Positions 13,237-24,783 of a DNA stretch of 64,000 nucleotides are shown in pieces. The notes below the pieces were generated by a model that saw only the letters and a program-made list of their open reading frames with translations, searched no databases and was not told where the DNA came from. The first letter of the stretch is position 1. Every line of letters begins with the position of its first letter. The position numbers were made by a program, and so were the translations under genes. Origin of the DNA: Ptychomitrium polyphyllum (Eukaryota); contig OZ316776.1 of assembly GCA_973851085.1 (NCBI GenBank), forward strand, positions 1,612,001 to 1,676,000, read 5' to 3'.

Positions 13237-14684
13237 GATGTGATCCATGATCATTCTATAATGCAACAGGTGGTTGACGCCACCAACCGCGCAGCAACAT
13301 CTCAACTCAGCTGACACGAACTTGGACCCCGGGCCTCATGTAGGAACTTTCGCACGATGTTTGGTGGAGTTTTCTTTTGCAAGAAAAAGAAAGATACTTG
13401 CCAATTGTCGAGCTCGGACATTGCCATCTCATCTCTTGAGTTCGCCGTCTTTACTAAGTGATAAGAACCGCCCGGGTTTGATCATACCTTGTTTGCTTCA
13501 GAAATGGAGTTCATACCCGCTGGAAATGCGGTAACTGCACCTGCTGCTGGCATGTTGGCATAGGTTTTGGAGGATATCGTGGCCGAAATGCTCTTGAAGT
13601 GTGTACTGGCAAGATTCTTTGTTATCCGGGTGCATCCGAGAGATCAGGGCTGCCAGTATACTAACCGATGATTTGACGAGCCTGGGAATTAGTTATGTTG
13701 TGGATGGCTAGGCTACCTAATGATGGGCTGCTCTCTTTCCAAGGAGATCTGTGGAAGCTTTGAAACGAGGGACGCACGGATAAGCAACTGTGGAGAAATT
13801 CGTTGAACATGCATTCAGGCGAGGAATAAGGGCGCATCAGTTAGCTTTCTGAACCAGTGTGGAGGAGCACGATGATGGAAGTGGCGAGTGGGAGTCACTT
13901 GTGAAATTCTGGAGGACGAGTGAACATCACGTTTCATTTGGAGGTCTGGCGACGAGAAATTAGTAATTTATATGCCTCGTTCTACCATATGGCGATCTCA
14001 AAATATTCCACAGACAATGCTACTAAGGTCCAGAGTAATGCCGACTGCAATGGGTCCTACACAGTTTCTCGACGCTCGTGCACATGCCAGTTGTGTGGGA
14101 GTTGTACGTTTATTCGTGCCATTTCTATGCCGTATGATCACAATGTTTTATGTAGGTACCGCCCCTGTAACAGGAGACGTCAACAGATATTGTTTTGTGT
14201 TTTCATGGTGGAAAATGAAGCACTAACAATCTCTAGTTTGATATCCTTCGAACCTCGAATCCAGGTTCATATGCGTACTGAACATGCAAAGTACCAAGCT
14301 CCTACTGAGCGTAGATGCGCTTGGCTTGACGTCGAATCTCTTAAGGTTCATTCGTCCTTCATTTTGTGGCGTTTGCGTTATCAATCTATAGTATGAGCGT
14401 CACTGGTTTTATGTTGATGTGTCAGTAGCCTGATCTGCGATTATGTGCTTTTACGATATATTGGATAGTCAAGTTGGCAGTTATGTGAACTTATTAATAG
14501 ATCATCCAGCCATTGCAGATCAACAGACAGTTTTGCATGTACGCAGATAGTGGATTATGCTGGATGGGAAAGCAGCTCATATAACAGACCCTCAGATATG
14601 TGAGGATTTCTTATGACTTCTTAGAAAAATTCTGCTAAAGCTCTGGAGAAACTCCAGTTACAGATATTCTCTGTGCATCGAACA

Positions 14685-15926
14685 ATGGTGACGTGTCGGA
14701 AACAAGATTGCGTACTTTTTCGGTGCTTAGAAGTAGGGCGATGTGGAATGCAAAAGGTGGAGAAGTGCAATCTGCCTGGAACTACTTCTGATTCTCGCGG
14801 CTCCTCTGGTTACTTCTCAGCGCGTGCTCAAAGAATGATCGAGGGCCAAAGCAGTTTCTCTTCCGATCTTGAATTTAGAACAGCTTTTTCAAGAGATCAT
14901 TGGACTGAGGTTGAGCCAGAAAGTGGCGCACTGCAGATTCATGAGGATCTTATCCAAGACACAGTTGCTAAACTTAAAAAGAGTTGGAGACAACGTTCGT
15001 TGTATATCGTGGAGAATGGGATAAGCTTGGGTGACAAAATTGGAGAGGGGGGTCAAGCGGAAATCTTCGAAGCTTTCTTTGGAAATCGCCCCTGCGGATT
15101 GGTAGCCAAAGTGTTCAAAGAGAGAGATTCTCTCATTGCTCTCCTGGATCGATGTCCACCACAGGTCTTCCAATTCGAAGGAGGATGCAAATACATCATT
15201 CGCGTCTTTGCAGGAGTCATACTCAACTGTATAGAAGATTTGTTCCTGCACGGAAGATTTGCATTCCTGATGTTCAAATACCAAGACGACTTGCGCAGCG
15301 TCATTGAAAAGAACATAAAGCGGAACAACTATCAAGAAGTACCACCTTTCGAGGCGAGTAAAGCTTTTCGTTACATGATTGAAATCGCCTGCGGAATGAA
15401 GATCCTCCACTCGAAAAACACGCTCCACAGAGACCTCAAGGCTTCCAATATCTTAGTATGGTCAACCACAGATTTCGAGCACAACGCCCGCGATGACGAG
15501 GAGTTCTATTGCGCAGTAGCAGACTACGAGTGCTCTATCGGTGTGTTGGGGACAACCTTCTGGCGAGCGCCAGAGGTGTTGCAGGCTTTAAAGGATCGTC
15601 GTGAACCAGAATTCACAACCAAAGCAGATGTGTACAGTTATGGCATGACTTGCTTTGAAATTCTAACGGGGTCTCTTCCGTTTGAAGGCCACTGTAAGTC
15701 AGACTATGGCTTCGTCATTAGCGGCAAAAGGCCTGATTTACCAAGAGACATTAGTGCTAAAACGAGAGAACTCTTGCGCAGATGTTGGCATTCGCTACCC
15801 GATGAGAGGCCAGAGTTCTCCGAGATAGTAGAAATAGTAGGCTTGATAATGACGACGGAACTAAACGTTCCACAAGAAACTGTCGAAACGCTCATGAAGC
15901 CAAGGCCAGAATATCAGTATACATGA
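14685..15926 (+). CDS. Intronless TKL/Raf-like protein kinase (DYE variant)
   Basis: Single ORF with IGEGGQA, VAK, HRDLKASN, ADYE (in place of DFG), GTTFWRAPE, KADVYSYG, CW..P.ERPEF. The first in-frame ATG is at 14685; the true start is uncertain. Confidence 0.88.
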   Translation: MVTCRKQDCVLFRCLEVGRCGMQKVEKCNLPGTTSDSRGSSGYFSARAQRMIEGQSSFSSDLEFRTAFSRDHWTEVEPESGALQIHEDLIQDTVAKLKKSWRQRSLYIVENGISLGDKIGEGGQAEIFEAFFGNRPCGLVAKVFKERDSLIALLDRCPPQVFQFEGGCKYIIRVFAGVILNCIEDLFLHGRFAFLMFKYQDDLRSVIEKNIKRNNYQEVPPFEASKAFRYMIEIACGMKILHSKNTLHRDLKASNILVWSTTDFEHNARDDEEFYCAVADYECSIGVLGTTFWRAPEVLQALKDRREPEFTTKADVYSYGMTCFEILTGSLPFEGHCKSDYGFVISGKRPDLPRDISAKTRELLRRCWHSLPDERPEFSEIVEIVGLIMTTELNVPQETVETLMKPRPEYQYT

Positions 15927-16413
15927 TACAATAGGTGATGCAGAATATAAATGCATGCAATCGAATTCTGCTTCTCAGAAGCAAGCTTGTAACAAACATC
16001 AGTATAAGCTCACTGCTAGATTGGTTTCATGTTCATCGTGACTCTAATCATTTGATAATCCTTGGATATCCTCATTTGCTTGTTCAGAATGATTCCAATG
16101 CCGGCAAGCCATGCGTCCTTCGTAATCTCTCTAAGTATTCAGTTCTAATGCACAGATCCACGAGCTCAAAAATCTTCCAAAGATGATCCTTATCTGAAAG
16201 TTGTCTGAAATGACAAGGATCAGAGTCACTTTATATTTCCAATAATAATGTTACACCAAAGGAGCTGCTCCCTCTGTCACAGCCTAACCTTCTTCACAAG
16301 AATGAACTCTCTTCGGTGAACCCGAAACAACTACTTAGTATCAAGAGATCGTTTCTTGCAGAGAGGGAAACAAAAAATGTACAGTGCAGAGAACAGGTTT
16401 GCCACTCAAGGAA

Positions 16414-19400
16414 TCAAGGATCATCTGTTGCGCGTGAAATCCCAGTTCTGGAGCCAAGAACGACGTTCGAAATGAGCCTTCTGTTGGAGCTCCCTTGTGG
16501 TTCAGACAATGGCCCACTGTAGAAATAAGTACTCGTACCGGTGCCCCTGCCAGTGTCCGGTGTCTCCCCAGCGCTCGTAGTAGCGTCGTCAGTCAGAAAA
16601 TCAGACGACTCTCGTAGCGGAGAGTCCTCATACACCGTTGGGGAAGAAGTGTGCATCCTCGCAGCCTGCAGCTCTGGCTTTGCCTTCAGAATGCTGGCCT
16701 CTGCTCTGGACCCACTTGATATGGCAGATTGCCCTACAAACACCCACACAGATAAGAAAACTTGGCGATGACATAAGCAGCAGACAATTGGGAAGAGAAG
16801 AGGTGCTGCTCTTACCTCCAGGGCTTCCATTGACGTCCGGGTTGAAGCTTGATGAAGAGAAAGCAGCCACCCAGGGTTTCACATTCTCCTCTTTCATGGG
16901 ACCCGGGTTAGCAGAATTCTGTGAGAATTTCTTCCAAGAAGCCTGATTCCACGACTCACTAAGGCCGACTGCATCGCTGGTATCATCGCCACTCTCTCCA
17001 CACGAGGCTTCGTATCCATCGCTGTTGGCACAGATTCGCAGCACGTCGGCGCTGTTTACTGATAACTGCATACCTGAATCCTCAGGTCTTACTTGGCCTG
17101 GGAACCTCGGGAGTGGAAGAGGCGGTGGGGAGGAGGCTCTCGCATCACCAGAGTAAGCATCGTTTGAGCTAGAGCGATATGGACTAGGAGGCTCTTGCGG
17201 AAGTGCAGAGAGTCCTTCGAGGGAAGAGTCAAGGTTCGGTGCAATCGCATCCAAGTCTTCACTGAGGGGGTTGATTCGATCCCGCTTGGTCTTGGACCAC
17301 ATCTCTTTGGGAAGACCAGGGAGGTTTCTCTTTCTGCGGCTGCGGCGACTCCCAGCGGGTCGAATCTCTGATCCACTCGAGCTCTGGAAACCACTCTCTG
17401 TGTCAACGTTTGCTGCTTGAAGCTCCGTGCCAGGTCTATTCGAGAGTAAGATGGAAGACTTGGCTCGTGCCCGAGCTGCTGCTCTTGCAGCATCCTCGGT
17501 TGTGACGCGAGCCAGCTTCCACGGATTCAAACCAACAGCTGTGGGCCTCTGTTTCGATTTGGCGTTGATTATCTTCCCCCCGCCGGCTTTTCCAACTCCC
17601 ACCTCTAGATCGCTCAATGCCATTATAGTCTGCGGTGTAATGATAACCATTCATTAGTGGAGTTAAGAGATGAGTTTTTGACATTTGATTGGCATTCAAT
17701 CGAGCAGGGAATTGTACCTGATCTTGATCAACGAACATGCGTGGTGGTGTGCAGAATACAATGCGCCTCCCACCGGCTGATGAGCTATTATAGCCACTGA
17801 ATGCTGTGTCCGTCGAAGTGGCAGGAGAGGTTGTGCTTGACAATCCCCCTGTCTCCTCCCAGAGTTCCTGATTCTCTTCTCTGACTGCTAAAATGTAGTC
17901 ATACGTCGTTATGCCCTGCAAAAGAATTGGTATAGAGCTTAGAAAGCCGATCTCATGACATGGCCATAATCTTTCGTAGGGGTTTTGTACTCTACCACGC
18001 CTGTTGAGTTGATTTTGAAATAGAGCAATGTACCTTGTGCATGAGGATAAGGTGGAAGCAGAAAAGTTGGGTGAGCGGAGCAGTCGCCAGCAATGCAAGG
18101 ACGGTCAAAAACATCTGCAGACATACGAAAACTCACTCAGAAACTTCCGGTAAATATGTTATTCCTTTTGCACCTCTCCAGATTGTATAGAGCCGAGGAA
18201 TGATAAGTTCATGATTTTGGACGTTACCAGCACTACGATGAAGGCCACACGAGGAAAGCTACTGCCAAGTTTGTCGACTATTTCTTGATCGAACTTAGTC
18301 TCGTTACTGAAACACCGCACGAGCACCACGATGCCTACTACCCACTCCAAGATGAGCTGTCAGAACATCAATAGAAGAAACAAATCAGCTGACATGCCAA
18401 AACGATGTAGTTCTCAAAGGATCAAACAAGGGACCACAAGGGATATGATGATCATACCATAAGCAGGCATGACACCATAAGTGCCACAAAGGGCTTATAA
18501 TTCCGCGTTCCAACACAGTTGTTTAGCCACTGCATCAATGTTTCACCAAAAAGTCTGCATCAGGTACTTCAATCTCTCAACTTAAGCCAGCTTCACCTAC
18601 ACGCTATCAGAGCACTACTAGGCCGATGTTAATGAGTTCGAGGACGAGAATAAATGCATGAGCCGAAACGTGAGAAAGAATGCGATCGCTACCCGGCAAT
18701 GATGATCAAATCCGTGCACGCACTTGTCACATGCTCTGCAATGCTTGCTATGCGCCGATATCTGCAATCAATTGAGGGAGTGATTCACAGCAACTCTTGC
18801 TAAGGAAAACCTAAACCTGAATAACCCATATTCAGTGTTAGAGACAAAGCAAACTTGAAGGACATACATCAGCATCGCAAATGCTGCAGTAGAGGTCCGG
18901 CTCATCTGGTCCTTTCCCTTCCGGCTCTTTTTTCTTCTGGCAACATGCATTTTCGACGAGCTTTTTTAGAGCTGATTTCTCAGTGGCCTCCGGTGGTTCG
19001 TGGCCGAACTCTGGAGCCGCTAAAATAGTCTGTATGCTTTTCTTTTCTCCCTCTGACAATGGATGCTCATCCGTGCCTGACTCTGTCTCCTCTTTCTTAG
19101 GGCTGTACCGCTCCTGTGACCGATGGATTCCTGGATCAGCAGGATTAATCCATGTGCAGGCGATATACAGAACAAAGACCACAGCAACCTGCAACGCAAA
19201 TCCAGTGAATCAGGAATAAAATCCCAAGATTTGACGGTACTATATGGTTACGATAAACTAACTATAGGATTTGGCGGTACTATAGGGTTGAGGTTGATTA
19301 TAACATTCACTTACTAATGGAGTGAAAAGACCGTATATCACGAACTTCAATTTCTCAGTGCCCAGAAATGGAGCAAAGAACACGTAAAATGAGAAGGCCA

Positions 19401-19841
19401 GTGCACAGAAGACCGCAATTGCCACCGTCTGCATGCACCATACAGAATCACAACAAAGGAAGCACAAAGGTCAATTAATCCAATCACCATGTTCTTGAGT
19501 AACTCGAAACATATTGCCACTGGTATCGCAGTGGATGAAACAGGCCTATAACACAGGAGACGATTGTACAAGAAGCCCATCTATGCTAGTGACCTAATTA
19601 ATAACGTGATTAGGCTAAAAGGTCACTTATTACAGCTTAATTAAAACCTTAAGGGCGGCATTTATATCTGCAGATGAGTAATTCACAACCTAATCCACTC
19701 TGTTTCCCAATAGTTCTGCTAATAAGACCTCCATTTTATGTCCAAATAATTGAAATCTATGATACCTGCGTTAGCATCAAACCCAAAGATAATACTTGCC
19801 TGTAAAGGATGAAAAGGAGGCTGCCAGCCATGATTCCGCAT
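16414..19841 (-). CDS. DHHC protein S-acyltransferase (plant PAT19-22-like group), 10 coding exons
   Basis: Exons 19841-19800, 19428-19315, 19188-18868, 18761-18693, 18529-18458, 18356-18228, 18114-18034, 17915-17718, 17629-16816, 16733-16414. Motifs: [67 protein letters not shown]. Confidence 0.92.
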
Positions 19842-21351
19842 TGTACGACGCCAGCTCCTCTATTACTCCGAGATGCTGGACGTCTTTTCACACAAAGCTG
19901 GCGATTGCCAACATAAGAATTCAAGCTACGAACGCAATAATCTTCCCCTTTCCACATACAAAGCACATCTGAAAACGCTTGAAGATAGAATCACAACCAC
20001 CATGTCGTAACTCTCAGCTGCTTTGGTATCACTAACACCACACCACACCACACCACTATCTACAGACAACTATCCATATTATAATCAACCTCAACACTGC
20101 CAGAATCCCAGTTCCATCAACTCTCCGTGCAAATTCTCTCCCGGCCCAATCTGAATTCCACAAACAAGCTCCCTATTACCAACCCGCACCCATTAGACAA
20201 CACAATTGCTCTAATTCACTCTCCCGAAGATTGCCCTTCTACCCAGTTGCTGCAGAATTGTCTACCAACCAACTGCTCCGATAAAAACAAAGAATACTAG
20301 CCTAGTCTGCTCACTAAGTTGGTACTCATTCAAATCCCTCTATCTCTCCCAAAACTGATAGCTTATTCTCCACCGCAGCTCTCCAGACTAGACAAAGTGT
20401 TAGAACCAGGTGACGCCTTGTCCGAGCGAATCCAGTCTGATCGAAGAATGGTGGTGATGGACTGTCTGACAAAGCCGTTCACCCACTTTGAGAAGGAGTC
20501 GCCGGGTCAGGATCTAGACTAAGTTAGGAATTGTGCGAAATTGTGCGCAACGGTCTTGAGGTGTCGCCTTTCCTTCCTTGCCACGAGTCCCAAGAGGCGA
20601 CTCTTCTCTCCCGAATTATATATTCTTTCCAACTGCTAGATGACACAGGGAAGAATGTACCCGCGGTATAGATTAGTGGGGTTCACTACGCTGAGAAAGA
20701 TGGGAGTTTTGGCATTTATGTATTAACTTGCACGCGTGTTGCTTCTATAACATTTACTTTAATCCCTGACTTGCTACACAGATGGCCACCACTTTTTCTA
20801 TTCAAGGAGACGGCATTGCTCGTGCTGTACTACAGGTCACTCTCTATGTTCTGGAGAGGGCTGGATATCGCCCTCGCTAAGACTTACTGCGATAAACGGA
20901 ATACAGGACATGTGCGTGAACCCTAAGTGTGATCCCGTTTCGAGATGCCGTGCGGTGCCCTCTCTGTTCTCTTCGACCTGCCCACCTCGATCTGCCTGAG
21001 GTCTGCCTGAGTCGTTGTTCTTGGACGTGGACGAAGTCTACTTCGAACTAGACTCTGCCGCCCGTTCTCTCGTCGACACATTTGTGTTCACACTTGGGTG
21101 CGGACAATACACCGTTCTGTTCGTTTAGTATTACCTACACAAATTTATTTTAAAAGACTGTAATTTTACACTCGAGGAGATTCAAGTTTGATACACTCAA
21201 CATGAACGCTATTAACACACATGCTTAGAACAACAAACTCCACTTTGACTAAATTGCAAAAGCCTCCAAGGTTTAGGACGCCCACCTGAAACCGTCACTG
21301 CACAGTAATCTGTGCTATGCATTATGGATTATCCCAAAGTATGAAGCTGAC

Positions 21352-21820
21352 AAATGGGACACACATCTCGACCTTGTGCAGGTCGATAACTGTGAGTGGT
21401 ATGAATACAACCTTGAATGGTTGCAGTTGAGATTGTTTGTGTATTGATTTTTGATGTTCTTGTTGAGATTATAACTCACTAAGCCCTCTTGATAGTTGCA
21501 TCTTCAATGCATCTCGGAATGCAGGTTAATGAATGACATGCTTTACCAAAGCACATCGTTGAAAAGATTTCTGCTGCTTGTACAAAGTAGATGCTCTGGA
21601 CAACCTGACCGTGTTCCCGTATTGCTGCCGGCGCACATTGACGACCCATGTAGATCTTATTGAGAAGCGCCTGAATTACAACAGTAAGCATCGCCTGCCC
21701 TTTCAAGTTTCTTCTTTTGCTGATGGCACAGTGGTGCTTCAACGACCACTTGGCTGGCCTCTTTGCAAACGATGGCTGGACTTACGCCACCAACTCTACA
21801 CCCTGGAACTAGACCTATAG
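21352..21820 (+). pseudogene. RPB10: Degenerate intron-containing copy of RNA polymerase common subunit RPB10
   Basis: Remnant exons: 21352-21398 KWDTHLDLVQVDNCE (donor gtatg), ~21590-21683 [31 protein letters not shown] (donor gtaag), 21802-21820 (T)LELDL*. Acceptors are damaged, conserved residues are substituted, and there is no intact MIIPVRCFTCGK exon. Confidence 0.82.
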
Positions 21821-23085
21821 AGGGCGGGTTGTTTCAATCAATTTGAGCTTGGTGGTTGTTTTAGTAGAGCATGAGTCCTGTCAAGAAATTGAATTAAATA
21901 GTCACCATTTGTGTATGGTTTGCTTTACTGCTGATTGAGGGCTATGCGTGTGAGGCAGGCTTCAGAGAGACACTGTCCAAGCTTAGAAGGTTCTTTGTCA
22001 AATACCAATGTTTTTCTGGATCTTCTCATTGCACCGTCTACATACTTATTCGTGGTCTTTTGGCCTTCTCGATTATTTTCAGAAGCTGAAGATTACTGAG
22101 ACTCTCAGTCGGTGAGCTACCTTCCTAATACACAAATCTGGATGGAGTATTGTGAGGTCCTGAATTGATGAGCTTGTCATATATCACATGGGTTGAACTG
22201 AGAAAGAACGAACCATTGGCAAGAGTATAGTACATTTCTGCGAGTATTTCAATAGAGCTCTCATTCATGCAGGGGAGGTGGGATCACTGCTTGTGAGGAG
22301 GAGAGTTTGATGGGTAGGAGAGTGCAATGATATTACATTCTGCGATATTCATGAATTGTGCTCGTATCTGGATTTAATCATCAGTCCAGTTGTTGGCCCC
22401 GAATAGTGAAATCGGTCAGACAAATGAAGAACAATTGTAAAACATAACAAGATCGCTTACTGGTTTGTCAAATTCTTTTCTATTGTCATTCTTGTACCTA
22501 AACCTGCACATCTTACACACAGCCAGGCATTGCAATTAGCAGGTTTTCAGTCAATCAGAGGATCACTTGCACGCAAAATTATTGATCTCCTACAGAGATG
22601 ACTACTGACCACCAAGAGAGAGTGAAGAAGCGACCACTTGAATTCGAAGCCTGCAGGCCTCAACGTCCACAGTCTCGATTCATGTGAAAGGACGAGAGTA
22701 TTGGCAACGGGAGTCTGCTAGGTGGCTGTGCATAGGGCCGCAGTAACTCTGAGCAAGTGGTTTTCACTTCTGCAGGTAACATGGGTGCGACTCCTACCCT
22801 TATTGGCTGCCTGCATTCCTATTTTCTCAACTGCCTCATCTGCAAAAAGTTAAAAAACATTTTTTTCGCATCCATCCGACGGGAGGATGGATGGAAATGC
22901 TCTCATCATCTTCTTCCTAGATGTTGATGAATTCCAAACCAACAGCTAGACTAGTTACTGGAAGGCACCTCTAGTGGATGGCTCCTAATCATCTTACATA
23001 CCAGTCTAGCAGGCAAGCGGGAAAGTGTGATTCTTCTCGTGAGTGAATCTCTACTAATTCATATATTTTCCAATCCACGGAGGTG

Positions 23086-23644
23086 ATGGCGGCGGCTCTA
23101 GTCATGGTTTCAGTTTTTGTGACGACCCAGGCGCTGACACCCGTGATGGCGTTCGATGTCTACGACGAAACACCGCGCCTTGGCGGCATGAACGACCAGC
23201 CCGCGATGAACCTGCGTGCGAATGCGGCGGTGAAGTACGCCAGCAAGCGCGCGGACTGCACCTGGTACGCGTGAGAGATTTCCACAACCCGCGTGAGGCG
23301 ACGGCGAATTGCAGCAAGTTTTTGTGGAGTGCTCTCAGCCGCGACGTGAACCCGACCACACTGGAGGGATCCACGTACTACACCGCGGTGAACCAGCCTA
23401 AGTTCTATGACTGCACTTACCAGGAGTACTTCTGCCTCATCGGGTGCTTCAACCTCGCGGCGATGCCTCTCCTGGGCTCAAAGCCTCACTAGAGGCAATA
23501 TCTGTACCTCCGGTGAAGTTTCTTCCTGCAGGGGTTGCTCTTGCTGCGGTTACTGCGGTTCCGCCGCCCAGTCCAGCAAAGATGGCATCACCTCCTCCGG
23601 CGACGCTATTCCGGCCACCGCCCTCTGCCTCGGGTGCTGCCTAG
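23086..23644 (+). pseudogene. Frameshifted gene for a putative secreted Cys-containing protein with Pro/Ala-rich tail; family not recognised
   Basis: GC-rich, coding-like island. A signal-peptide-like start MAAALVMVSVFVTTQALTPVMA runs to a TGA at 23272-23274. Coding-like sequence continues in other frames: NCSKFLWSALSRDVNP..YDCTYQEYFCLIGC, then PPPSPAKMASPPPA. Confidence 0.5.
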
Positions 23645-24783
23645 TCTTGCCACCCCTCTTATAAGCACTGCTTCCACCGTATTTTGATGAAGCTATTGGT
23701 CACGCATGGGCCAACAAGACGTGTATGCATTAAATAGTGGTTGGCCATTCGTTAACCGATAGCAGGAAGTGCTGTTGGCTAATATGATTCTTTGGAAAAT
23801 ACTCTGACGTTGTGATAGTTATCACGATCCCGGAGTTTTTCTTAATCATGGATGTGTGAATGACGTATTCCCACTTTAATTGACATCTTTAATTTATTTC
23901 AAGAAACTACCAATATACTGAGTAGCACAACCCATCACAATGTGCATAAAGTTGCAACTGGAGAATTGCGCAATGTACTTGCAACCGCATATTTTTCGCA
24001 GAGATAAATGAAGATAATGTGCTTCAATAAGGCAAATTAAAGCGTAACTTTTACATCAACATCAACCTGCAATTTGCGAAGTGCGCTGATTTCTCTTCGA
24101 ACTTATCTTGCAGGGATAAAATCACAAAATTATCACCACTTGACAGCGTAAAGAAAAAGCTCCCTCTATGTAGCAATGGCCGTCTGCAATGGCGAATTCT
24201 TCCATCTTGAGAGTCTCTGTCAACGAGAATCTTTCGGGAATGAGGATCCATGAGGATTGTACGAGTGATGACATCTTGGACCCACCTTGATTACCTCTTA
24301 ATCGGTGCAGCAGGGTGGAGCGAAGGCATACTTTGCGCGTTGCCGATCATAGGATTATCTACTTGTTAATGAGAATCCTCTGTCCTGTGCGCATATCACC
24401 ACCCTACTCCATATCCTTTAGTTTGTTGTAGGAGCGTTGCAAATCAGAGACAGAGCTTCGGCAGATTCTCATTAACGATCACCTTCTCATTGCAAACCAA
24501 CTGCCTCGAAGTACAATTCCCTTTTGAGGCCTTGAAAGTAGGGCTGACACTAAGTCCATATGCTGGCTTGCTTACAGGTCCAATCAGATACCCCACCAAG
24601 GTGCTCTTCATCTGTATATCCAACTGCGTCTAAGCCCTGCTTCTAGTAAGAAAGGTTCACATTGAGATTAGTCCTCAAGAGAGGGTTCCACTTGTGTGGG
24701 TCCTAGATCGCAAGAAATCTCATATGTCAATGAGAATCGAATTATCAGGATACTCAGATAGTCAACTGTGGCCCTAAGTATTC

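Noticed and set aside
22869..22893. Short hairpin CATCCATCC-N7-GGATGGATG
   Set aside because: The stem is too short and low-complexity for a miRNA precursor or TIR call.
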